DNA of 64,000 bases from Chrysomallon squamiferum. Taxonomy: Eukaryota > Animalia > Mollusca. A model generated the notes under the pieces. The model ran no database searches and had not been told where the DNA came from. It was given only the letters and a program-made list of their open reading frames with translations. The stretch covers positions 26,598,001 through 26,662,000 of the forward strand of contig CM022673.1 of the NCBI GenBank assembly GCA_012295275.1. Direction: 5' to 3'. Within the stretch, counting starts at the first letter, position 1, and every line of letters starts with the position of its first letter. The translations under genes and the position numbers were made by a program. Below are positions 37,291 through 50,415 of this stretch, in pieces.

Positions 37291-37373
<83 letters not shown>

Positions 37374-37457
37374 TACATACATACATACATAAATACATAC
37401 ATACATACATACATAGAGACATACATATATACATAAACATACATATACATATACACA
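37140..37457 (+). repeat. Compound (CA)n/(TG)n/(TA)n/(CATA)n microsatellite
   Basis: Direct read. Confidence 0.95.
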
Positions 37458-37594
37458 TTTCTCTGAAGTTTCAAGCATGTGTTCTCAGTTTGGACTGTTT
37501 GGCCTAAGTCAATGTCACAAAGTTAGAAATGTTTGTACACTTAAGAGTTAGTTAGAAAGAGTCAGTAGTGTATTGGTTTCACAGGTCTTTGAGG

Positions 37595-37665
37595 GTAGGA
37601 GCTGGTATTGATCCCAGCACCTGTCTGTCACCAGTCTAACCACTTGAGCACACAAAGCTGGTAGT
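37595..37665 (-). mobile_element. Degenerate tRNA-derived SINE head (tentative)
   Basis: Minus strand reads GTGCTCAAGTGGTTAG (A-box-like) then GGGATCAATACC (B-box-like); no intact cloverleaf. Confidence 0.35.
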
Positions 37666-38300
37666 TTATTAAGTGGTGAAGGAAGACTTTTACAGTCATC
37701 CGAGACCTGAGGTTTCAGTGTTAAGTTTCTCAGTGTTTGCTAATCCACTGGCCATGATTGCTATTGACAGTTCTGAGTTGAGTGGGTTCATCTCTACAAC
37801 CATTTTAATTTCTTTCTGATCTGCAGGTTACAGGCTAAATCAGAAGCTTTACCATCAATATACACTGTATATTTGAGTTTAGATGGATTTTTTAAAATTT
37901 TTTTTTTTTGGTTATTGTTGATGGGTCTGGTTTTATACAGAAGAAAGAATGATATAAAAAAAAAAAAAAATAAAAAAAAAAAAATAAGTTTAGAGAATCA
38001 TTTATCAAAGACAATTCAATACAAAAAGTTCTGTTGCCGGCAGTTCTCAGTAAAGCCACTGGGAATGTGCAGAGTTTTCAATTCTCCACAGCAATTCTTT
38101 TGATATGGTCTGTTTTGTCTAATTTAGTTTTTCACAGATCAGAGCTGGAAAGAACAGACGTATAAAACTGTGTAGAAAATTCATTAACAGCGGTCGTTTC
38201 TTAATAGTGCTCAGGTTTCGTCATAAAAGTTAATTAATAATGGAGATTTTTGACATGGCATGCAGCCATGCATGATTAATTTACCATGTAGTATACTCGA

Positions 38301-39430
38301 GTTAATGAAATGAGATGCTTTGATGTATACTACAGGAAACATGTACATACGGCTATCAAATATATCTGTAAGTTAATGAAAGCAGATCTATGCATTCATC
38401 TTTAAGAAATAGCCACACACGACATTATAAATACAGATCTGTAAGTTAATGAAAGCAGATCTTTTACATTGATGTTTAGTAAATTTCTACATCTGACATT
38501 ATATAAACAGATCTGTACTTAGTGCTGGGGTGCACTTCCCATACCCTGCCAAGGTCCATCTGTTTTTAAAAAAAAATAAAAATAATGAATACTATATGCT
38601 ATATACTATATAAAAATAATGAACTATATGAAGTTTTCAATGTTATGATACATCCCATGTTGTAATGCTGACTTCCTTATCTCCCTGTATAACATTTGAC
38701 ATATTTTGAGGTGAAGAAACATTTCAGACATACCCAGAAATGGCATGTCCAACATTCTAGATTTTAAAAAATTTCAGAAAGGGCATGCATCCCCCTGGTC
38801 TTCTCTAGCACTCCACAGGCTTTGGTTACACCCCTCATATACTGCCCTGCTTTAAGTTTATGAAAGTAGACACTTTGAGATGTAAACTAAAGAAAATATC
38901 TACATATGACATTATAAATAGGGCCTATATATATATATCTATAGATATAGATATAGATATATATATAAATATATATATAGATATAGATATAGATATAGAT
39001 ATATATATATATATATATATATAGATATATAAGTAATGAAAGTAGACACTTTGAGATGTAAACTAAAGAAAATATCTACATATGACATTTTATATATATA
39101 TATATATATATAGCTATATAAGTTAATGAAAGTAGATAGTTTGAGATTCATACTATAGAAAATATCTACATATGACATTATAAATAGGGCCTATATATAT
39201 ATATATATATATATATAAATTATATAAATATATAAGTTAATGAAAGTAGATACTTTGAGATACATACTGTAGAAAATATCTACATATGGCATTATAAATA
39301 GGGCCTATATATAGATATATAAGTTGATGAAAGTAGATACTTTGAGAAGCATACCATAGAAAATATCTATATATATATATAGATATACATGTTAATTAAA
39401 GCAGTTACTTTGCAATGTATACTACACGCA
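38301..39430 (+). repeat. Tandem array of about 70-90 bp units (GTTAATGAAAGTAGA...AAATATCTACATATGACATTATAAAT), about 9 copies, interrupted by an insertion
   Basis: Unit starts visible near 38301, 38372, 38445, 38856, 39032, 39122, 39236, 39323 and 39391. Confidence 0.85.
38518..38852. mobile_element. About 335-bp MITE-like insertion flanked by TA
   Basis: GC-richer block that splits the array junction CTGTA|AGTT, with TA at 38516-38517 and 38853-38854; terminal inverted repeats only weakly discernible. Confidence 0.45.
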
Positions 39431-40825
39431 TAGTATACATCTGCACACATTTATTCATTGTCCACTTCATTAAGAGAGGTGTCGAATGAAACTCAATACT
39501 GTTACAATCGAATTCAGTTTCATTCAAGGACCAAGACAATCCTTCTTGTGGTTAAAATAGTTAGTGTGTGTGTATTTTTATATGTTGTGACAAGCTTCAT
39601 TAAACAAACAAAACAAAAAAGTGGGTCAGACATGTACCATCTCAGATATTTTACTCTTTTGTTTGGAGCTGAGTTTAAGTCACGATATTAAAACTGGTGG
39701 ACAAAAATAGGAGAAAAATGCTCATGGTCCAGACCCTTAGTCTTGCCGGGTCGTTCTTTCAAAATGACTTCAGTTTCACGTTTAGTCAAATTCTCACATG
39801 ATTCCAGAAGGCTTACCATGTAAGTAAACTTCGTTATAACAATTTTTGTTTCCACTGAGGTTCGGCTAATTGTATTCTCATTGGTTAAGTACATGACTGT
39901 ACGCATCTGCAGCTAATACCTTTTTCAGATCATTTATGGTTTGTACATCAAAACTGAAAGTTTGTGAATGCAGTATGTGTTGTTTATGTTTTATAGCTAT
40001 GTCTGTTTAGTTAAACCTAAAAGAACCCATCCCCTCCCCAAACAAAAACATTTAAAAAAAACAGAAAAAAAAACAAACAACCCAAACATTTCCATTGAAT
40101 AACACTTTTACTCTCCTTTTTAAAAAGTATTTTGTGCACCAAATTTTAAATGTAATTTAATTCAGTATTTTATTGTTACTCTTGTTACTGTTATTATTTT
40201 GAGAATTGAAAACAATACGAGTTGATTCTTTATTTTTATTATTAATTCAAGAAAAACATTATTTCAGTGAACTCCTACTTCAATTTGTTTGATAAACATC
40301 TCTTGTTTTTCTTCTACACAAGCCTGTTATTACTGTTATCATCAATTTTTATTTAATTTTAATTTGAATAAATTTAACAAAATATATTTTTTTAAAAAAT
40401 AAATAAATAAAAGAAAGTTCAATCAGTTATATTACATGTGTGGATAAATAAATTACGGTTTAATTTATTTTTCCCGAAAATTTCAGACGTTTTATTCTGT
40501 GATCAATTTGTCTCTCTTATTTCGGCCACATTCTGACGTTATCATAGTCAACAGTGTCATAACCTTCTCACTCACAGTTATGGCCCCTTAGTGAAGATAA
40601 ATGGACAGGATGATAACATTTAGAGCTCAGTGATCAAGTTGTTCTGATCCACAGTATCATGGGTTTGTGTAAAATACAAAATAAACGATAAAGCTTTGCT
40701 TTTATAACTGAGTAATATGATTTTATTGTTGCCTTGTCCCAGAGTCTTGTAATTAAAACATCAAAACTGCTCACTAATATTCTCAACAGGAACATCATAA
40801 CACGAAGCTAAAGGCAATGAGCCAT

Positions 40826-41110
40826 GATATAAAAATTTGACAACATTATTTGCAATGTAATTTCATAAGAATACACCACATATCTGTTGGCTAAGACAGT
40901 GGTTTAGACTGGGTTTGAATTTATTCATAATCCTCAGTTGATCCTACAATTTTTTTTTATTACAAAATGAAGCTATAGGAGCTGGACTGTGATATGAAAA
41001 TTCAACAACATCATTTGGAATGTAATTTCATTAAGAATAGATCATATATCAATAGGCTTAAAGAATAGATTAGTGAAACTTTAGGTTTTTTTCATGACCT
41101 TCAGTTGATC
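40826..41110 (+). repeat. Diverged tandem duplication, about 165-bp period
   Basis: GATAT.AAAATT..ACAACAT.ATTTG.AATGTAATTTCAT...TCAGTTGATC occurs twice. Confidence 0.8.
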
Positions 41111-41681
41111 AGACAGAAGTAATGTGTAGTTTCAGATGAACAAATGTTGCTTGGGGGAAAGTGAGGTTTTTCTTGTTTGGTGAATATGGGGATGTGATGT
41201 TATCTGTTTCTGCATTAAAACTAAAATTAAGTACTATCAGAAGTACTGTGAAAGACTATCGTACACAGAAATTAAATTATTTACTAGAACTAAGTGTTCT
41301 GAGTTACCGCAGAATCTCTCGTGTATCATATCACATTTTCATCAGTGTCTGGGTTTCATCTCCTGCTATCCTAGTTCCTGCTTTTCTTGTTATGTGGCTA
41401 AACCAGTTTTGACAGTGAAGATGGCATGAAGCTATTAAAAATATATGTTTTAATTTATAAATGAAAACTACATCATTTATAATTTATAAATTAAACTGAC
41501 GGTGTAAAGTAAATTCTTAAAATATTTTTTATTTGGTTAAAAAATATTTATAAAAAGAAGAAAATAACAGGTTTTGTGATAACTGTTCTTTAATGAATAC
41601 TTTTATTAATTTTTTTTTTTCCTTGAGAGGTTGCTTTTCCTGTTTGCATTATTGTATTTCAATAATGTTATTTTTTTATTT

Positions 41682-41718
<37 letters not shown>

Positions 41719-44700
41719 CTTGCAATTACAAGAAACATTCTGAAACTGGTTGACAAGATTAATGTTACTTTCTTTCCTCACAACTGTCATCAAAAGAAAA
41801 TGATTTCTTTAACCGGAGAGAAAAAAAAAAAAAGGATGTGGATAAAATAATGTGAGTGTAACTGTGTGCTTGTTTCAATTCTTCCCTGCTTCCCTGGAGG
41901 CTTTTTTCAAAACTTAGCTAGCCCAGGAAGAAACATTAAAGCTTTTTCATATAATCTTTAAAACATCTTTCTAAGATTGATCAAATTTAATTTCACAAAA
42001 GTGTAAATTTGATGTTTCTTGGATTGATCAAGGTCAGACAGACTTTAACAGTCGTTGAAATGGATGACATTGAATGCAGACTTGTTGTGGTTTCAGGGAA
42101 TTCATTGCGAGTGCAAAAACCTGAAAAGGTAATGCTATTGTTTCTTAGGTATTCAGTGCAATTTCCCCAAAACTGTGGCTTTGTTTATATACCAGTTCTT
42201 GTGGATAACTGTTATCAGAATTTACAAGAACTGTATAATTTCTAATAATGTTTTTTTTTTTTTAAAAAGACGATCTGTTTATAAATATTTCAATATTTTT
42301 GAAATATTTTTTTTATTAGTATGAACAGGTGCTGTTTAAGATTCAGAGATATCATTAGAATTCGAAAGAATCATTATAATAATTTCCGACTGAGTGGTTG
42401 TGTTTCCTTGTTGTGTTTTAAAACTGTACAGTTTTATTAATTCTTATTCCTCTATCTGATCAATTTTGATTTGCCTTGTGACAAGTTTTACAACTTTATT
42501 TAAACTCCACCCAGAGCCAATGGTTGTTAACAGTGCCATAAAGATTGTAGCAGATAATTATTCTTTTATTTTAGATTTGAAAATTGTTTTTCAAATGTTT
42601 TTTATTATTATTATCATTTTTTTTTTTTTTTTTACTGTTCAGACTTGGAAACACCCTGTGAAATAATCATTGTTTTTATTAAAAAAAAGTTTCAGTAAAC
42701 ATTTTTTTTTAACTGCAGAGGGTTATGTAAAATGAGACATTGTAAAATAATTAAAACTGTGATCTTTTGTTGTTAAAACACTTTGAAGATACTAACATTA
42801 GCTGATTCTGAAAACGTACGTGTGAAGTTTAGACAAAGGTTCTTAGCAAACAACATGCATAAAATCAATACAGAATAATGGAAGCTTGAATGCTGTTTGC
42901 TCTCATCTGCACAGATTGAAATATTTTACATAATATTTTATATCCTTGTTTTATCAAAACATCACAAGTTAATTTGCCTATTTGAAGTCAACATCTTTTA
43001 AAGGCTTTTGTGAATCTTGTTTAGTAAAATCAAATAGGAGGCAGCTATTTAAATAATGACTTGTTTTACTCACTTCAGTTCTGAATGCATTAGTTTTTCC
43101 ATTTAGTGGGAGGTTTTTATTTTTTTTTCCAATTTATTTATTATAACTAAAATTGACAATATTTTCATCAGTGGCTGATGTTAGTCACAAACATTCACAG
43201 TCCCAGTTACCTTCTTACATGGTCTTTGTTACAGAATTTTAATAGTTTATTTGATTTGTTTGAAATTTAGAGCTTACACAGTGTGAGTCCTGTTTTAAAT
43301 GTGTAATCATGTGATAAAAATGAAAGTCCACATTAAAATTTTTTAAATGCAGAACCGCATCCTTCATTAAGGCATGATTTTATTTAACTTTCATGAATTA
43401 AATTGTTACTGTGATCCTTTTTGGGATCATATTTTAAAAATCAGCAGATAGTTCTTTTTTCATTGAATCTTCATATACTTTCATATAATATGATAATTTG
43501 AATCATTTTGAACAAATTTTCCCAAGCTTGCTTCTTTCATTTTGGTTTTGTGACATTTCATAAAAAAAAAATTCTCTGGAGTTAATAAATTAATCATATA
43601 ATTGTATGTGACATGTATAAACTTAAATAGATATACTAATGACCCTCAGTTTCATGGACCTTGGTTTTATAAGCTTGAAAAATAACTTACTGCCATGTCC
43701 CACTTGAAATTATTCCTCTAGATACTTCCACGATATTCTGAGTCTACTTATAGGATCATGACAACCCCATGTCTACCAACTTCCCATCAAGTAAGAGTAA
43801 ATTTTACCCTAACCATTCTAACCCAACACACTTCATATAACCTACATTTTCAACTATACATTTTTTTTTTTTTGTGTACACTGTGTGACATTTTGTTTAC
43901 ACTGCTTTTATGTCTTTATGTTGTCCTTACATTATTGTACTAGTCTATAATATAGGTCTTATGCATACTAAAGTTTGTTTACTTTTACCAGACTTTTGCA
44001 TTTTTCTGGATCAGTGCTCCCTTCTATTAGACCCTGAAATCAAGTGTCGACAGTTTATAAATATTTACTTATTTATATATGTTTATTTAAATTAACAGAG
44101 ACGGTCAGTTTTTTAAAAAAATTTACATTCAACTAACATAAAGATTAAATTACCCGACTGATATTTGGAGACTGACATTATTAACAAACTGTTGTTGTTT
44201 TAATAATGTTCATTATGTCTCTCTGTGATAAATATGTAATACGATGTCTGTGGAAATAAAACTCTACCAGTATCTACATACATCAGTCACTGACACCCCC
44301 AGGGGAAAACAGTGAAGCAAGATCACCAATGCTAATTGTGCAATGAAAACCATATTAAGATACAGAACGATTCTGATGAATATGCAGTATTTTCCAAGGA
44401 GGTGTATCATCTTCTGGTTTCTGTGGGGTTTTTTAAAAATTATTTTTGACACGAACAATTATTTATATTCGTGTATTTGTTGAACTTGATACTGTAGCTG
44501 TTCGAAGCAGTTCCCAGTTAACAAATGATTTATGCTGTTTTATAAATTATACATCGTTTGTTTGAGAAGTATAGAATTAAATCTGAAGACAAAACTGCAG
44601 AAAAGTAATGTTGAGATATTCTTCATAAATTGAAAAATAAAAAAAAAAATAATAATAATAAAAAATAAATTATGTTAATTAAGAATTACATGTGAATGAT

Positions 44701-45477
44701 GAAAGTTTAAATGTAACAAGTTCTAGAACAGTGTCACAGAATTGTAATATACCTGTAATAATTTTATTTATTTATTTTTTCTGTTTACTGAGGAATGGCT
44801 TTCATGAAAGGAACCGTGTAAAAATTTCTTAACAAAAATCTTTTAAAAACATAGAATCTTTTTTTTTTTTAAATTTATTTTAAAAGTAAATTTTGAAAGA
44901 GTTCTGAAAAAAAATGATTTAATTTTAACAGGGGAACAGTACTTATGTCTAACAGTTACATACCTTATCAATCATTGCAAGAATTAAACACACAACCGGG
45001 CAGTCACTTAATATTGAAAATACAATCTCCAGCAGATAGATTATGGGATTAAGAAATATATATGGATCATTAATCAGTCAGTGCTTTTTACTGATTTTGA
45101 TTGAAAAACCACACGTAAATACAATTATTCTAAGCACCTTTGACGAGGATAATGTGATGGAAAACATCTCTGCTGTCGGATATTCGATGTATGGAAAATG
45201 TAGTGTTAATCTACAGTAATCTACAGCATTAGTGTTTGAAGCTTTTCGAGTGTTGTGATTGACTTGTTACTGTCAGAGGAGATCGCTTAAAGACATGATA
45301 AGATGAACGTTGTGCCAGATACGATTACACATTGTTCAGTCTCAGGATTTGATGCTGTCTGAAAGATCACCACGTAATTATTGCCCGCAGTCAAGAAAGC
45401 TTGGAATAGAATATTCTGCCTCAGACTCGTAGATGGTTGTTTTCCAGTATTAATATCAGTGTCTTATAGAACAGGGG

Positions 45478-45501
45478 AAAAAAAAAAAAAAAAAAAAAAA
45501 A

Positions 45502-45535
<34 letters not shown>
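45478..45535 (+). repeat. Poly(A) run of about 58 nt with one T
   Basis: Direct read. Confidence 0.95.
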
Positions 45536-45537
<2 letters not shown>

Positions 45538-46782
45538 AAAAAGATTGAAAAAGAAGAAATGATGACATTTATCATTTATTCACCAGTATCAATTATTTAA
45601 TAATGCGTTGAAAGGTTATGATGTACGAGATTTGACTGTTATTATCCCAGTGATATTTATATTTGTTAAAAGGCTGTGGTATTTGGCAAAATGTACCAGA
45701 ATATGAATACAGACTTATGTGAGTTAAATGACAAAATACTGCGGTGTTTGAAGTTTTTAAACTGATTTTTGCTGGCAAGGCCTCTAAATCTCAGAGCCTA
45801 CTTTAAAAGGTTATCAATATGCACAAAATACAGGAATGATTTATTAGTATGACTTTGCTGAACAAAATATTAAATGTGTCACAGTTTTCAATAGACTGAC
45901 TAGTAATTATCTTGATCTGCCATAAATTAAGAGAATCTGTACTGTACTACATTACACCAAAATCTTGTAATGGAAATCTTTTTTTTTTTTAAAATGATAT
46001 TTAATAAAAAAAAAATAAACTATAGTTATAAGCATCATAGATAATATGAAGAAATTTGTTGTGGGACTAAAAGGACAATACTTTTTTTTTATAGCAATTA
46101 GTTAGTTGATTATAGACCTTCCCATAGACAGGAAAAAATATCCCATAGACACTGAAGTGTGAGATAGACTAATGGTGGCAGGGTGAAGAATTGACTGTAG
46201 CGACCAACTGATCACAAATTGTACCCAGAAATAAAACTTTTGCATACATGATAGTAAATGCAGGTGTTACTCAACCCTAGATCAAATGTCAAGTATTATC
46301 TATCTGTAATAATTAAAATGATGATGATGATTATAGTGATGATTATAATTATATGTGTCACACATTGTTGAACCAACTGCAGTTGCCTTTATTAGGTAGA
46401 CAAAAAAAAAAAATAACCTGACAGATTTTCAAATGAAGTTACAGCTTGTACAGCTGGAATGGAATACATTAATGAGCTTGGAATAAATGTAAACAAAATA
46501 ATAGTTATTACAACAAACGTTTGAGAAAAATAATAACAACATTCAGAAGACAGATGTTTGCTTGGAAACAAAACATCCATTTTGTTATTTAATATCCTAA
46601 ATCAATTGGTTTCTTTCCAGGCCCTTCGAGATTTTCATTTTCTCTACAGGACTGTAGTATAATAATAATAAAAATTAATAAAGAAACAGAGGCAATATGT
46701 TTTCTTCATTAACTGTCTGCTGCTAAATTAATGTTACATTTGTTGAAAAAAATAATAAATTCCTCCTATCATAATGACTTTC

Positions 46783-46787
<5 letters not shown>

Positions 46788-46833
<46 letters not shown>
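46788..46833 (+). repeat. (CT)n microsatellite followed by (AT)n
   Basis: Direct read. Confidence 0.95.
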
Positions 46834-46852
<19 letters not shown>

Positions 46853-49800
46853 GCTGTATTTTGTATAAAATGTGTGTGTATGTGCACTATATTTTTATAC
46901 AAATGTTCTGTGATCACTTCCTTGTTATGTTTGTTACATCATGATTTTAATATCATGTTTCACCTATCGCCATTAAGTCTTTATGACTTTACATGTTTTT
47001 GACAGAGCATGTACAAACAGATCTTTAAATAAACATTTAGTTTGTAACATAAGATTGTTTTTTTCAATAGGAAAACGACTTGTGACATTAACATTATCTC
47101 TAAATCTATGCTACTTATGACTTTATTAGTGGACTAATGTAGGTATGTTCTCATTTCTTCTTAATGATCTGGTTAAGCCAGTCTTAAAGTAATAGTTTCA
47201 GTGATTTACTCTTCATTAATGATATAATTACACTGATTAGGTAAATGATATACACTGCTTGTCCTGTGTTTATTAACCTTGTTTGTTGGTAATAAACTGT
47301 AAGCACCTCTTATTGATGTTTTCTGTAAGAAGTTTATTGCAGAAATGGTGACTTAGTAATTGACTGATGATTAGCTGAAGAATATAACTGGTTTTGTTAT
47401 CATTAGGTGTTTTTGTGTGTGTGTGTGTGTTCCTTCATCTTTGTTAATTTATAATTAACTAACTAGCTGGTATTTATTGTTTATTTATTTTTGTTAATGA
47501 TCCACTTGAAAAGTGTCACTAGGTGGTTTATTGAATCTATTGCCAGGCTGTTATTAATTATAAGTTTCTTCTTAGATTTTTAATATAGAATTTTAGAAAT
47601 TATTGTTATTATTATTATTATTATTTTATTTTATATTTATATTCCAATGAAAACTCATCTAGGATGTTTAAATAGTTTATATCAAATTGTTGTTGTTTTT
47701 TTTAAATAATTTTAAAACAGAATTAATTTTAATAGTTCTGAACTGAAGCGTTTACTAAACTAGACCACTATTAATTTTGATATAAAAAAAAAAAAAAAAA
47801 AAAAAAAAACAATTAATGAAAGAAAAAATGTGCATATCCATTTAAAAGAATTAAATTTCCCCTGAAGCTCGTCTGTAAGTGACTTGTAGAACCTCTCTCG
47901 GTATGAATAATAATGTGTTAGCAGTCTGTATGAGAAGACTGTGAACAATGATGTTCACCGTGTCTTTTATTGTATTGTATTTTCTCATGTTCAGCGATCC
48001 TCATAAAAAGACACCCAATACATTGATACAAATAATCTGCTTTCCTGTTCAGGCAGTGAAGAATCAATATCACAGATTGCATTTATTTATGGAAACTGAT
48101 ATTTACTTGTTAATGATATTTTTACAAAATACCGTCACATCGTTGTCTGTTATTCTTCTTAATTATCTCCGGTCCAGCGAAGATTTTCCAGCCCGAGTGT
48201 TACATTTTAGCGGGCACCTGAATAGAGGTTTGAGCAGATTTTTACACTCGGGGAGACAATGAGTTCAGTCCCAGAGCCAGGCATGCCAGGAATTTTCTAC
48301 TTCCATTGTTCTATTCAGAGCAGGCTTAACTGATCTGTAATCAGAAAGTTTGCTTCTTCAAACAGCAGATTGGGTGAGAGTTTCAACAGCCAACAGCAAA
48401 CCATGCCTCAAGTGTTTCGTGCTTGATTGGTTTTCAAATGCTCCTGCCTTCCTGTCATAACATTATCAGCAGAGTCGAATCATATTTATATTAACATTGG
48501 TTAATTGGATAACACAATAACCTTTGTTTAGCTTTGAGTTTTGTGTTCAGATAAAGGCTGGGAAAACTTTTTTTTTTTATCTGGGGTTTAAACAAAGTGT
48601 TCCGTTGAGCTTAACTTTAATAATGAGTCTTCGTGTGTGTTATTTGCTTTTATTATTGAAATGCTTCCTAAGTTCAACATTTAATTACTCTCATGTCATT
48701 TATTTTTTCACTGTTGATCTGGGGTTTTTTGTGGGGGTTTTTCAGTACAATAAAGTTTTGATTATGATTTAAATATTTAATGGGTTATGGAATCAATATT
48801 TTTTTTATTTTATTATCTTTTGAATTGTTTACACATGTCACTAAGTTTGACATGACTGTCAAAAGTGATGGTGTGTGCTGTCCTGACAATAGAATAATCT
48901 TTGTGACAGTTGTTACCTGTAGCTGATGTAGTGATAGCTATTAATTTAGTTTCATGTTTTGTTAACACAGAATAAAACTAATAAAGATAAGGATAAATAA
49001 CGAATAGTAATAAATGAATATTTGACACATGTTTTAATTTTACAAATTCAGTCACATAAATAGTTTAATGATTATTTTACTTGAAATCAGTTATTAAGTT
49101 GTGTTATATATTTCATTTCACTGTAGAATATTAAATTACACAATTTTTTATTTATTATTAATCAGACGCTTCATAGATCGTATAATAATATCAGAAACTG
49201 CAAAAACTTTTAAAACTAAATCTTTCTTTCTTTGTTTGTGTTTTTTAATAATCTCTTCTTTGTTAAACAGACCTCATTTTTTTCCTTTAAATTAAACGTA
49301 AAATAATTCTTTAAAAAAAATAAATAATAACCACATTTTAAGAAGAAACAAACTGAGTTCTAAAAGTCAGCCCAAAGTGAGGACACTGTGTCTGGTGACC
49401 ACTGGCGTCTGCTCATGATGTCTGTTGGCTGAGCTGAACATCATATTTACACAGGACTGTAAATCCTGCCTGAATGGTTTTAAACATTTGTCATTGTTTT
49501 CAACACCTTCTGCCAGTTAGCAGCAAACATTGTTGCCCCTTCCACAAGCCACTTCAAATATTGGATCAAACTGAGTGTTGCCCCAGAGGAAGATGTTCCC
49601 AAGATGCATGTTGACACTGCAGCAAAGCATCATGGGTAAATAATATGGTGGAAATATTTTCTAGACTGGTATTTCGTTTTTCTAACTGGTAACCATGGAT
49701 GTGTTTATTAATTTTGTTTGTTTTTTTATAAAACAAAATTATTAATATGGATATCTTGTAGAAGAAGTTGTAAGTAGACTGTTATTCATGTATTGTTAAC

Positions 49801-50208
49801 TAGTTCATACTTTAATAAAGCAGGGGCTAAATGCAGTTTAAAATCTTTTTTTCTTTATGTCAGACATAACTGTTTGTATATAAGTGTAGTACAGGAGTGA
49901 AACATTCTTTTTATTGAGTATAAAGTAATATATATATAGAATTTTATGCTTTTGAATAATTGTATGAAGGAAAAATGACACCAGTGAAGTGTTATGATAT
50001 GAGATATGTGGCCATTAAAAGCTGTGAGTGAAGCCAGTGCACATTCTACACACATTCCATTTTGTAAAACAGGTGACACCTACCTGATTGTTTGAGTGAC
50101 AAATTACAAACATTTATGTAGAGGAATTAAACAAGTTTCTTTTTCAAATAAGAGAATAAATAAAAGGCTAGAAAAAAAAAAAAAAAAAAATTAAAATATA
50201 TATATATA

Positions 50209-50415
50209 TATTAACTTGTACATTAAAACAACAAAAAAATACATTAACTTGTACAATTAAATAGAACAAAAATATATTAATTTGCATTTAAATGGAACCT
50301 GAATAAATTAACTTGTATATAAAAATGCTATAAAAAATATATTAACTTGAATATTTAAATGCTACAAAATTACATTAACTTGTACATGCAGATACTACAA
50401 AAAATATTAACTTAG
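50209..50415 (+). repeat. About 33-bp diverged minisatellite (ATTAACTTGTAC core), about 7 copies
   Basis: ATTAACTTG recurs at about 33-nt spacing. Confidence 0.8.

Noticed and set aside
36981-37507. His-Thr and Cys-Val repeat ORFs up to 151 aa (also 25207-25524 and 52449-52814)
   Set aside because: Translations of (CA)n/(TG)n/(CATA)n microsatellites, not metal-binding proteins.
38301-39430. Repeat-spacer appearance resembling a CRISPR array
   Set aside because: The apparent spacers are (AT)n microsatellite expansions; this is a eukaryotic satellite.
46118-46300. Repeated TCCCATAGACA as a possible transposon terminus
   Set aside because: Only an 11-bp local repeat; no matching inverted terminus or TSD found.
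47948-48262. 104-aa + strand ORF (similarly 51955..52251 and 59888..60290)
   Set aside because: No recognisable domain, atypical composition and no flanking splice pair; lengths expected by chance in GC-richer islands.
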